Source of the DNA: a bacterium
GTDB lineage: Bacteria > Lernaellota > Lernaellaia > JACKCT01
Reading direction: 5' to 3'
DNA: 64,000 bases
Assembly: GCA_019912885.1 (NCBI GenBank)
Contig: JAIOHV010000203.1
Coordinates: 1,885-65,884 of the forward strand
In this document: piece after piece, positions 39,884 through 48,482 of the stretch
How the letters are laid out: every line of letters starts with the position of its first letter
Numbering within the stretch: the first letter of the stretch is position 1
Notes under the pieces: model-generated
The model's database searches: none
Told to the model about the DNA's origin: nothing
The model's input: the letters and a program-made list of their open reading frames with translations, nothing else
Translations under genes and position numbers: made by a program

Positions 39884-41538
39884 TCGAAACGGTCGTCGTC
39901 CTCGCGGGGATCGCGCGACTTGATCCGGTATTGCCGCTCCAGGTGCGGCAGCAGATCGTTCACGATCATTCTACGAAATTCGCCCGGAAATTCCGACGCC
40001 GTGGGATCGAAAAAGAACGAATAACCCTCGCGGCCGGCCGGTGATGCGTCGCCGGAAACGAGCACCATGACGACCTGCTGCGCGTATCCGCGCGCGGCGA
40101 GCGCGCCCTGCGCCTCGACGAGCTGGTCCATGTCGTTTGGCGTTTTGCCGCGATCGAGGAAAACAAGAAGCAGCGGATACGTCTTCCAGCGGCTGCGTTC
40201 GTCGTAGTAACCCGCGGGCAGGAAAACGCCATACTCGACGACGACATCTTCGCCGAACGTCGAGGCGGCAAACGCCCTCGTCTGATAATACGGGCGCGAG
40301 TCCTTGGGGTCGTCGCCGAACAGTCCGTTCGCGACGCGCGAGGAGGCAAACGACAGCACGTGATTGTAGCGCGCGACGCGCACGGCCTCGCTGCCGGTGT
40401 GCTTTTGCTCGATGTCATCCGGCGCCGCCTCGGATTCGAACAAAAGCGACGCGTGCTTGGACGCAAACCAGATCGGCTCGGTAGGCGAAGGGAAGCCGCC
40501 GATGAAGCCGTCGTAAAGCCCGGCCTCGAACCGCAGGCAATAGGCCGGGTCCGGTTCGTCGACCGTCAGATAATGCGCATTGATCGCCGAGGCGAGCGAC
40601 GCGGCGTGCGTCGCGAACGGCCAGTAATCGTCCGTAGCGGCGTCCGCGTAGAGCCCGCCGCGATAGCGCGAGGTGGCGTCGATCTCGCCGCTGCGCGCGC
40701 GCGCCGCGGGGCTGCGGGCAAACCAGTTCGCCACGTTGGGGGTATAGGAATAGGCGCCGTCGCCTTCGCCCGCGTCGCCGGTGCCCGCGACGCCGTCCGG
40801 GCCGAGGTCGTCAAACGCCTCGCCCGCGTCGTGCACGCCGTTGCCGTTGCCGTCGGTGAACGCTTCGCGCATCGGGCAGAAGATCGGCTCGCCCGGATCG
40901 CGGCGGCTGTTGCCGTTGACGTCGACGGCGAGAAGGAAATCGACCAGGAACTCGTCGTCCTCGCCCTCGAAAAACGTCGTCAGCGGCACGGAGCCGTCGG
41001 GCGAATCGGGCGTCGGAACGCCGGTGACGATTTGCTGCGTTCCGCCGGTGACGCCCGGCGGGTAAAACGCGCTCGCGGGATTGAAATAGCAGGGGTTGCC
41101 GAGCGCGATGAAAATGTCGCGAAGGAAGGCGAAGTATTCCACGCGCGAGGGCAGGTCGTCCCAGTCATCTGGCGCGTCGAGCCGGGCCTTGATCGACCCG
41201 AGCAGCAATTCGAGATCAACCGGCCCGCCGAGCGACGCGGCGGTGGCGAACAGCTCCGGGTTGTCGAGCGCGATATCCATCGCGCCAAGGCCGCCAAGGC
41301 CGATGCCGAGCGCCATGTGCCACGGACCCTTGTAGTCCTCGTCGATGATCTCGTTCGGGCACGGCGGCTCGTAAACGCCTTCATACGACGCGTCCTGCGT
41401 GCAGGCGAACGCAAAAAGTCCGACCGCGACAATCGCCGTCAATGCATGAAAAAATTTGGGCAAAGTTGATCCCCGGGCAAGTGGGCGCGACAGTGTATGC
41501 GCGGGCGATGGGAGGGTCAACGAAGGCGCCCCGGACAA
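39880..41538 (-). CDS. Lipoprotein, putative esterase (alpha/beta-hydrolase-like) with thrombospondin-type-3-like Ca-binding Asp repeats
   Basis: Lipobox LFAFAC; DVNGNSRRDPGE and DGNGNGVHDAGE repeats; C-terminal esterase-like region. Confidence 0.45.
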   Translation of the reverse strand: MSGAPSLTLPSPAHTLSRPLARGSTLPKFFHALTAIVAVGLFAFACTQDASYEGVYEPPCPNEIIDEDYKGPWHMALGIGLGGLGAMDIALDNPELFATAASLGGPVDLELLLGSIKARLDAPDDWDDLPSRVEYFAFLRDIFIALGNPCYFNPASAFYPPGVTGGTQQIVTGVPTPDSPDGSVPLTTFFEGEDDEFLVDFLLAVDVNGNSRRDPGEPIFCPMREAFTDGNGNGVHDAGEAFDDLGPDGVAGTGDAGEGDGAYSYTPNVANWFARSPAARARSGEIDATSRYRGGLYADAATDDYWPFATHAASLASAINAHYLTVDEPDPAYCLRFEAGLYDGFIGGFPSPTEPIWFASKHASLLFESEAAPDDIEQKHTGSEAVRVARYNHVLSFASSRVANGLFGDDPKDSRPYYQTRAFAASTFGEDVVVEYGVFLPAGYYDERSRWKTYPLLLVFLDRGKTPNDMDQLVEAQGALAARGYAQQVVMVLVSGDASPAGREGYSFFFDPTASEFPGEFRRMIVNDLLPHLERQYRIKSRDPREDDDRFE

Positions 41539-41599
41539 GGGCGTGGGCGATGGCGGCGTTTGCGCCGTGCGGCGCGCGCTCCTATCATCACCACTTCAA

Positions 41600-43687
41600 A
41601 TGCGCAGACGTTTTCTTGTCCCCTTCGCGATCTTGCTGTTTACGGCCGGCGTGTTTCTCGCGGCGGCCGGCGCATCCGCGGTGTACACGATCGTCGAACA
41701 CGATTACCTCGGGCGCGAGTTGCCGAATGTCGCGCGCGGTGTCGTGCGCGCGCGGCTTTCCGCCTTTGTGATGCGCGGGATTCTCGCCGGGATCGCGATC
41801 GTCGCGTTCATGTCGATCGCGCGGCGCATCGCGAAGGATACCGTCCGGCGGCGCCGCGCCTTCGCCGCCTTTCCGTTCGCGCTGTCGTTTGTGCTCGCGG
41901 GCGTCGTGTTCGCGGTGACTCTCGTGATGCGCCACAACCTCGCCGGGCCACTGGCCTCGGAGCTGTCCGCGTTTGTCGTGCTTTCGCGCGTCATCCTGCC
42001 GATGCTGCTCGACCCGGTGACGCTGCCGCCGATGATCGTCGCCGCGGGGGCGCTCGTGGCGGCGACCGCGGCCTTCGCGCTTGCGACGCTGCTTGTCGCC
42101 TTGCCGATCGGGAGCCGGCTTGCCGGAAAGATTTCGAAATTCCGCAGGCGGAAGGAGATCCTTCGCTTCGCTCAGGATGACAAAGCGGCACGGGATGACA
42201 AAGCGGTGCGGGATGACAAAGCGGTGCGGGATGACAAAGCGGTACGGGATGACAAAGCGGTGCGGGATGACAACGCGGTACGGGATGACAAAGCGGTACG
42301 GGATGACCGTCGAAAGAAACGCCCATCGCGGGCGCCGTTCGCGCTTTTGATCGCGGGTGCGATTCTCGTCGGTGGCGCGATCCTGGCTTACGGCGCGGCG
42401 CGGCCCGTGACGCCCAACGACGGCGCGCCGGACATCATCCTTATCAGCATCGACACGCTGCGCCGCGATCACATGAGCCTGTACGGATACAAGCGCGAGA
42501 CGACGCCGAACCTCGATCGCCTGGCGCGCGATTCCGTGGTGGTGGACGAGCACATTTCGCACGCGCCCTGGACGCTTCCCGCGCACATGAGCATGTTCAC
42601 GGGCCTGCTCCCGTTCGAGCATGGCGTCGTTTCGATCGACCGGTCGCTCGACCCGAAAACGCCGGTGCTTGCCGAATCGCTGAAGGAGCGCGGATACGCG
42701 ACGGCCGCGTTCGCGACGAACTACCTGCTCAGCCCGCGCTACGGCTACGGATCGGGATTCGATTTCTACGTGCTGCGCGCGGACTTTCCCGCCGAGGACG
42801 CGGTGGATCGCGCCATCGAGTGGCTTGCGGCGACGCCGACGCCGGCGTTCGTCTTTCTGCATCTCTACGACACGCATTACCCCTACGCGCCGCGCGAGGG
42901 CTATCGCGGGCGCTTCGGCAGCAAGGGCGACGGCCTGGACGCGATCATGTCCGAGCCGTTTTTCACCTTCGCCAGGCAAGCGCGCGATTTTTCTCGCGGA
43001 GACGAGCGCAAGGTGCGCGCGCGCTACGACGAAGAAATCCTGGACGTTGACGATCACGTCGGGCGTCTTTTCTCGAAGATGAAGGGGTGGGGGCGATACA
43101 AAAACGCCTGGATCATCGTGACCTCCGACCACGGCGAGGAATTCAACGACCACGGCATGTGGGGGCATTCGATTTCGCTCTACGAGGAAATGGTGCGCGT
43201 GCCGCTGATCGTGAAGCCGCCCGAGGGCGGGTGCGCGGGCATCGTGATGACCGGCGCGCAGATCGCCCAGCGCGCCATTTACGACATCGTGCGCGCGGCG
43301 TCGTTCCTACCGCTCGGTGCACATCCGGATGTGCGCTGCGATACGGGCGCGCCGCGCATTCTGACGCAGTTCGCCGAGGAAAACGTGCTCGCGGAAAGCG
43401 AGGTCTTCGGCCCTCATCGATTCGGAGTACGCACGACGACAAAGAAACTCGTGGAGCCGATCGTATTTGATCTCGACGACTTCCGCGTGGAGCGCGGCCA
43501 CGAACTTTTCGATCTTAATCGCGATCCGAAGGAAAAGACGAACGTGTACGAACCGGGCGCGGCGCCCGCGCTCTCAGCGATCATCGACAAGGCCAATCAG
43601 GCGCTGAAAACGCGCACCGAAACCGGCGAGCGCGATCTATCGCCCGAGGAGCTGGAGCGACTGCGTTCGTTGGGGTATTTGCAATAG
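41600..43687 (+). CDS. Membrane-anchored sulfatase-like hydrolase/transferase (alkaline-phosphatase superfamily) with an in-frame DDKAVR x7 repeat linker
   Basis: N-terminal multi-TM domain; ILISIDTLRRDHMSLYGY and SHAPWTLPAHMSMFTG active-site region; IIVTSDHGEEFNDHGMWGH. Confidence 0.65.
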   Translation: MRRRFLVPFAILLFTAGVFLAAAGASAVYTIVEHDYLGRELPNVARGVVRARLSAFVMRGILAGIAIVAFMSIARRIAKDTVRRRRAFAAFPFALSFVLAGVVFAVTLVMRHNLAGPLASELSAFVVLSRVILPMLLDPVTLPPMIVAAGALVAATAAFALATLLVALPIGSRLAGKISKFRRRKEILRFAQDDKAARDDKAVRDDKAVRDDKAVRDDKAVRDDNAVRDDKAVRDDRRKKRPSRAPFALLIAGAILVGGAILAYGAARPVTPNDGAPDIILISIDTLRRDHMSLYGYKRETTPNLDRLARDSVVVDEHISHAPWTLPAHMSMFTGLLPFEHGVVSIDRSLDPKTPVLAESLKERGYATAAFATNYLLSPRYGYGSGFDFYVLRADFPAEDAVDRAIEWLAATPTPAFVFLHLYDTHYPYAPREGYRGRFGSKGDGLDAIMSEPFFTFARQARDFSRGDERKVRARYDEEILDVDDHVGRLFSKMKGWGRYKNAWIIVTSDHGEEFNDHGMWGHSISLYEEMVRVPLIVKPPEGGCAGIVMTGAQIAQRAIYDIVRAASFLPLGAHPDVRCDTGAPRILTQFAEENVLAESEVFGPHRFGVRTTTKKLVEPIVFDLDDFRVERGHELFDLNRDPKEKTNVYEPGAAPALSAIIDKANQALKTRTETGERDLSPEELERLRSLGYLQ
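42176..42310 (+). repeat. 18-bp tandem repeat x ~7.5 (GATGACAAAGCGGTRCGG) inside the sulfatase-like CDS; VNTR-like
   Basis: Near-perfect copies with G/A and C/T wobble at two positions; encodes (DDKAVR)n. Confidence 0.9.
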
Positions 43688-43752
43688 TGAGGAAAGAGAA
43701 AAGAGGAAAGAGGAAAGAGGAAAGAGGAAAGAGGAAGCAGGAAATAGGAAAG
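43688..43752. repeat. (GAGGAAA)n polypurine heptamer microsatellite between convergent genes
   Basis: gaggaaagagaaaagaggaaagaggaaagaggaaagaggaaagaggaagcaggaaataggaaag, directly after the sulfatase stop. Confidence 0.9.
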
Positions 43753-43778
43753 AACTACGGACCCCGCTTCCAGCCTCC

Positions 43779-44897
43779 TCAAGTTCCGAACGTCTTGTCG
43801 CAGATATCCACGATGCGTTCGGCGGAGTGGCCGTCGCCGTAAGGGTTCTTCGCCATCGCCATCGCGCGCCAGGCGTCGTCGTCATCCATCAGCGTCGTCA
43901 CCGCTTCGACGATGTCGGCTTCGTTCGTGCCGACAAGGCGAACGGTGCCGGCCTCGATTCCCTCGGGGCGCTCGGTCTTTTCGCGCATGACGAGCACGGG
44001 TTTGCCGAGCGACGGCGCCTCCTCCTGCACGCCGCCGGAATCCGTGAGGATGATGTGCGCGCGTTTCATCAGGTGGACAAACGGCGCGTAGTCGAGCGGC
44101 TCGATTAACCGGACGTTCGCGTGGCCGCCGAGGATCGCGTTCACCGGTTCGCGCACGTTCGGATTCAGGTGCACCGGGTACACGAACGCGGCGTCGGGAT
44201 AGCGGTCGGCAAGACTCGCGATGGCGCGGCCCATCGCCTGAAATGGCGCACCGAAGCTTTCGCGCCGGTGCGCGGTGATGAGCACGGTGCGCTCCGGCAG
44301 ATCGGCGAGCATCGGATCGTCAAACGAAAACGGGCGCGCGGCGACATCCAGCAGCGCGTCGATGACGGTATTTCCGGTGATGTGGATGGTTTCGGCCGGG
44401 ATGCCCTCGGAAAGCAGCGCGGCGGCCGATCGCGGTGTCGGCGCGAAGTGCAGCGACGCAAGCCGCGAGGTGAGCTGGCGATTGATCTCCTCGGGGAAGG
44501 GCGAATAGCGATCGTGCGTGCGCAGCCCGGCCTCGACGTGGCCGACGGGGATCCGCCGATGAAACGCGGCGAGCGCGCCGACGAAAGTGGTCGTCGTGTC
44601 GCCCTGGACGAGGACGAGGTCGGGCCTGGCCGCGTCAAAGGTGCTTCCCAACCCCTCGATGGCGCGGGCGACGATGCCATCGAGCGTCTGGTTCGCGCGC
44701 ATGATGTCGAGATCGGCGTCCGGCACGATGCCAAAAAGCGCCAGCACCTGGTCCAGCATTTCACGGTGCTGGGCCGTCACGGCGACGAAAACGTCAAACC
44801 GCTCCGGCCGGCGGCGCATCTGGGCGATGACGGGGGCCAGCTTGATGGCCTCCGGTCGAGTGCCGAAGACGACAGCGGCCCGGATTTTTTCCGGCAA
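43779..44897 (-). CDS. wecB: UDP-N-acetylglucosamine 2-epimerase (non-hydrolysing)
   Basis: VFGTRPEAIKLAPV, HVEAGLRT, TDSGGVQEEAPSLGKPVLVMRE; probable TTG start after GGAGG (the ORF track extends to 44966). Confidence 0.85.
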   Translation of the reverse strand: MPEKIRAAVVFGTRPEAIKLAPVIAQMRRRPERFDVFVAVTAQHREMLDQVLALFGIVPDADLDIMRANQTLDGIVARAIEGLGSTFDAARPDLVLVQGDTTTTFVGALAAFHRRIPVGHVEAGLRTHDRYSPFPEEINRQLTSRLASLHFAPTPRSAAALLSEGIPAETIHITGNTVIDALLDVAARPFSFDDPMLADLPERTVLITAHRRESFGAPFQAMGRAIASLADRYPDAAFVYPVHLNPNVREPVNAILGGHANVRLIEPLDYAPFVHLMKRAHIILTDSGGVQEEAPSLGKPVLVMREKTERPEGIEAGTVRLVGTNEADIVEAVTTLMDDDDAWRAMAMAKNPYGDGHSAERIVDICDKTFGT

Positions 44898-45017
44898 GGA
44901 GCCTCCCGGGTTGTTCGTCGATCGTAATCGCCCCAACGCCGGCCGGTCAACGAAATCCGGGGCCATTAAGTTATCTCACGATACGGGACGGAATTTTTCG
45001 TCATCGCGCGCGGGGGC

Positions 45018-45046
45018 TTGCAAAATCGTTGTGTTTTCCTTAGATA
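45018..45046 (+). promoter_or_regulatory. Candidate sigma70-type promoter upstream of the dksA-like gene (TTGCAA-N17-TAGATA)
   Basis: Spacing and hexamers match -35/-10 consensus; about 30 nt upstream of the ATG. Confidence 0.35.
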
Positions 45047-45074
45047 TCCCGTTCCCTGCCACCATAGATGGGAG

Positions 45075-45512
45075 ATGGAATCGAAAATGGGTGGACCGAG
45101 AAAAAAACCGGCGGATGAGCTTACCCCTGAAGAACTCGAGCGCTATTACTCGATTCTGATGGAAAAGCGCAACGAAATCGTATCAAAAGCCAAGCAGACG
45201 CTCGGTGACGGCGCCCTTTCGGGCGGAACGGCCGGCGACGAGGCGGATCAGGCCATGCACGCAAGCGAAGCGGCGTTGGCGTGGCGCCTTCTGGATAAAG
45301 ACCGCAAATTGCTCAAGGAAATCGAACACGCGCTCGCTAAGTTCGAGGACGGCGAATTCGGGTACTGCGAAGGCACCGGCAAGCTGATCGACCGCCGCCG
45401 CCTCGAGATTCGCCCGTGGACGCGCTATTCGGTCGACTACAAGGCGGAACTCGAAAAAGAAAAGCGCTCGCGGCGCGGCATCACCGGCACAAAAATCGAT
45501 ACGCTATTCTAA
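45075..45512 (+). CDS. DksA/TraR-family RNA polymerase-binding regulator with a degenerate zinc finger
   Basis: Coiled-coil N-terminus with acidic tip (GGTAGDEADQA); C-terminal ALAKFEDGEFGYCEGTGKLIDRRRLEIRPWTRYS matches the DksA C4 region but retains only one Cys. Confidence 0.6.
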   Translation: MESKMGGPRKKPADELTPEELERYYSILMEKRNEIVSKAKQTLGDGALSGGTAGDEADQAMHASEAALAWRLLDKDRKLLKEIEHALAKFEDGEFGYCEGTGKLIDRRRLEIRPWTRYSVDYKAELEKEKRSRRGITGTKIDTLF

Positions 45513-45541
45513 GTGTAGGAAAACACTTCGGAATATCGAAA

Positions 45542-45573
45542 GGCTCCGCCGAAAACGCGGGGCCTTTTTGTTT
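45542..45573 (+). terminator. Rho-independent terminator after the dksA-like gene
   Basis: ggctccgcc-gaaaa-cgcggggcc (G-U wobble) followed by TTTTTGTTT. Confidence 0.65.
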
Positions 45574-45753
45574 GGAGGATTGAGGATCGAGGATCGAGGA
45601 TTGAGTGTCCTCCAATCGCGTTCGAGTGCGTCGCCATCCGGTTCCGGCGGCAGACTTACCCGGCTTCCACTCGCGGTTCGCGACTTGCGGTTTGCTGAAC
45701 GTGAAGCGGCTTTGCGATTCCACTCGATCCTCAATCCTCAATCCTCTATCCTC
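45574..45753. mobile_element. MITE-like element (~180 bp) with ~33-bp imperfect terminal inverted repeats made of GAGGATY heptamers (copy B)
   Basis: ggaggattgaggatcgaggatcgaggattgagtg (45574-45607) versus cactcgatcctcaatcctcaatcctctatcctc (45721-45753); 113-nt unique core. Confidence 0.55.
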
Positions 45754-45756
45754 GCC

Positions 45757-46554
45757 TCAGATCAAATCCGCGAAGTCTCTGGAAAATCGGTGGAAAAACA
45801 CCCAGCCGATGATCGCGACCAACAAGGAGAGCGCGGAGAAGTAACTGAAGCCGTAGAGGTCCGGCACGACGTCGCCAAGCAACGCGGCCCGATAGAGGTT
45901 GACGAGCCACGTCAGGGGATTGAGATAGAAAAACGCCTTGATCGACTCCGGAACGAGCACGACCGGGAAAATGATCGGCGTGCCGAAAAACCAGAGCGTG
46001 AGGATCGCGGCGGTCAGCTCGCGGGCGTCCTTGTAGAACACCGTCACGGCGCTGACGATCATCGCGATGCCGAGGGTGAAAAGAAGCTGAAGCGGCCAGA
46101 TCGCGAACAAAAGCCCGAACATGACGATGGAAGGCGACTGACCGAGCGCGGCCAGGATGACGATAAAAACGATGAGCGCGACGATCTCGTGAAGGAACGC
46201 CCCCAGAACGCAACGCAGGGGCAGCATGATCTTCGGGAAGTTGACCTGTTTCACGAAATCCTTGTTTTCCATGATGACCATGGACGATCGCTGCACGGCG
46301 TCGGACAGGCCGATCCACGGCAGCATGCCGGCGAAAAGGAAGATGCCGTAGTTTTTCGGTCCGGCGTTGCCGCCGACGTTGACGTCGAGGATGTAGCCGA
46401 ACACGAGCACATAAAGCAGGATGAGCAGAAGCGGATTGATGACCGACCAGAAAAGGCCAAGGAAACTGGCGCCGTAGCGGTTGCGCAGATCCGCCCGCAC
46501 GAAACCCCAGAGGAGGTACTTCTGCCGGTAGAGCGATCGAAATTGTTCGAGCAA
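45757..46554 (-). CDS. ABC-2 type exporter permease (Wzm/KpsM-like, polysaccharide or teichoic-type export); no cognate ATPase adjacent
   Basis: 6 TM; ABC2_membrane signature; the position downstream where an ATPase would sit is occupied by the MITE-like element. Confidence 0.8.
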   Translation of the reverse strand: MLEQFRSLYRQKYLLWGFVRADLRNRYGASFLGLFWSVINPLLLILLYVLVFGYILDVNVGGNAGPKNYGIFLFAGMLPWIGLSDAVQRSSMVIMENKDFVKQVNFPKIMLPLRCVLGAFLHEIVALIVFIVILAALGQSPSIVMFGLLFAIWPLQLLFTLGIAMIVSAVTVFYKDARELTAAILTLWFFGTPIIFPVVLVPESIKAFFYLNPLTWLVNLYRAALLGDVVPDLYGFSYFSALSLLVAIIGWVFFHRFSRDFADLI

Positions 46555-46685
46555 ACGGCCGTCCTCGCCACGCGGGCCGCGAATGAGAGGCCCACCGTGC
46601 GTCTTGTTTACCCGAATCCGCCGCGCGCGCGAAGAGGCCGCGCGACGATCGGGCGATTTGACGTCGTTAATCGAAAGACGCGGCG

Positions 46686-48380
46686 GTGGGACGAGCTTTG
46701 AATCGGCGCCGGCCCCGGCTCGACGACGCGATCGCCGTTGCCGTCATCACCGCCGTCATGCTCGCCGCGAAAATCGCCGCCGGGCGATTTGCCGCCGTGC
46801 CGCTCGACGACTCCTGGAACTTCGTTCTTCCGCTGAAGCACTTTCTCGAAAGCGGCGTCCCCCGATTTGATTCGTTCAACTCCGCGGCGGCCGTTTTGCA
46901 TTTAGCCGCCGCGTGGCCACTCGCGAAGCTGTTTGGCGCATCGTTCCCGCTGACGGCCGCGTTAAACTTCCTGATCACCGCCGCGGCCGTTTACGCGGTC
47001 TATCTTCTTGCGCGCGTCGCGGGGGGGACCGCGCGGTTCGCGGCGATTGTCGCGCTTTGCGCCTTCGCCGCGCCGCCGGTTTTCGTCGTTGCGTTCACTT
47101 TCCAGAGCGATCCCGTATTTCTTCTCGTGGAGACGCTCGCGCTCGCGGCATTCGTCGATTACGCGCGAAGGCGGCGAACGGCGTCGCTCGCGGCGGCGTC
47201 GGTTTTCGCGGCGCTTTCGATCTGGGCGAAGATCCACGGGCTTTTTCTCGCGCCGGCGTTTATCGCCGTGCTCCTTGCCGTTGCCCAACTGCGAAAACGC
47301 ACACCGGCGTGGGCGTTCGCCGCGCTCGCCGCGCCGACGCTTGCGTCTTACGTCGCCTTTCGTCTGGCGAAGCCGTTTGTTCACCCGATCTCGACAACGC
47401 TCGACCAGAAGTCGGCCGAATTCGCTGAACGCCTGTTTTCGCCGTCCGTCTGGCTTGCGGACGGACCCTGGCGCGCCATTGTCGCAATCGCGTCGGCCGC
47501 GTTCTATTTCCTTCCTGCGATCGTCGCGATCCGGCGCGCGCGCGAGGAAGCGGCGGGAAAACGCGCGGCGCCCGCGCTCGTCGTCGCATCGCTCGCCGGC
47601 GCCGTGTTGGGGGGGATCATCGCGATCGTCCGCGCGCGAGGCGGATCCTGGGCGCTTGCGCCGAGCATGTTGACCAAGGCGCCGACGCTCGCGCCGATGT
47701 CGGCGTGGGGTTGGGTGTACGCGGGTGTTGCCGCGGGCGCGCCGATGCTTTTGTATTGGCTGTTAAAGACGCGTTCCGACGCTCCCGCCGCCGCACTTCC
47801 CGATGGCGGGAGGGGCGAGGGCCTTCGCATCGATCCGCTTGTCGCGATCGCGCTGATAGTGATTCTGTCCCAGGTTGCCCTCATGGTACCGATACGCTGG
47901 TTCATGGATCGCTATTTCATTGTGCTCGTTCCGCCGATGGCGCTTGGGGCCGTCGCCGCCGCCCGCGATCGGCGGATCGCGCTTGCTTTCGCGATCCCGA
48001 TTCTGCTCCTGATCCTGGCGCTGGATGTCGTGCGCGTCCGGCAGTATCGCGACGGCGCCGAATTGCGCTGGGCGATGGCCGACGCGATCGCGAAATCCGG
48101 CGTGCCGGTCGAGAACATCGACGGCGGGTACGAGTGGTTCGGGTGGCACAACTTCGAGGCCTGCGAAGCGCGCGGGCGGCGCGGGACACGCGCGCCGGGT
48201 GCATCGGCCTGGGTGGCGGAACTTTGCCCGGACCTCGCGCCGAATCACCACGTCACCTTTGAGCCGCCGCCCACCGGATGTGATATCATCGAGACGCGCT
48301 CCTATGGTGCGGGGCCGCTTCTCGGCGAGCGTCCGGCGTTTGCCTATCGTTGCGCGCCGCGGGAAACGAACGCCGGCTGA
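46686..48380 (+). CDS. GT-C fold membrane glycosyltransferase (ArnT/PMT-like)
   Basis: 564 aa, ~12 TM; acidic first periplasmic loop PLDDSWNFVLPLKHF; architecture matches ArnT/PMT_2 family enzymes. Confidence 0.5.
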   Translation: MGRALNRRRPRLDDAIAVAVITAVMLAAKIAAGRFAAVPLDDSWNFVLPLKHFLESGVPRFDSFNSAAAVLHLAAAWPLAKLFGASFPLTAALNFLITAAAVYAVYLLARVAGGTARFAAIVALCAFAAPPVFVVAFTFQSDPVFLLVETLALAAFVDYARRRRTASLAAASVFAALSIWAKIHGLFLAPAFIAVLLAVAQLRKRTPAWAFAALAAPTLASYVAFRLAKPFVHPISTTLDQKSAEFAERLFSPSVWLADGPWRAIVAIASAAFYFLPAIVAIRRAREEAAGKRAAPALVVASLAGAVLGGIIAIVRARGGSWALAPSMLTKAPTLAPMSAWGWVYAGVAAGAPMLLYWLLKTRSDAPAAALPDGGRGEGLRIDPLVAIALIVILSQVALMVPIRWFMDRYFIVLVPPMALGAVAAARDRRIALAFAIPILLLILALDVVRVRQYRDGAELRWAMADAIAKSGVPVENIDGGYEWFGWHNFEACEARGRRGTRAPGASAWVAELCPDLAPNHHVTFEPPPTGCDIIETRSYGAGPLLGERPAFAYRCAPRETNAG

Positions 48381-48435
48381 CAAACGCAAAACGCGTCTTG
48401 TTGGGAACATGGTTTTGTGCTAGTAACGCGCGCCT

Positions 48436-48468
48436 CGCGGGGACGAGTCCCCGCGTTTCGTCGTTTTT
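48436..48468 (+). terminator. Rho-independent terminator after the GT-C gene
   Basis: cgcggggac-ga-gtccccgcg followed by tttcgtcgttttt. Confidence 0.6.
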
Positions 48469-48482
48469 ACAAGGGAAAAAAG

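Noticed and set aside
42176-42310. Possible CRISPR array (regular 18-bp repeats)
   Set aside because: The repeats are perfectly tandem with no spacers, in frame inside a CDS, and encode a peptide repeat; this is a VNTR, not CRISPR.
45605-45844. 79-aa ORF lying across the MITE-like element
   Set aside because: Spans the inverted-repeat element and a terminator, with no RBS and compositionally odd; treated as non-coding.
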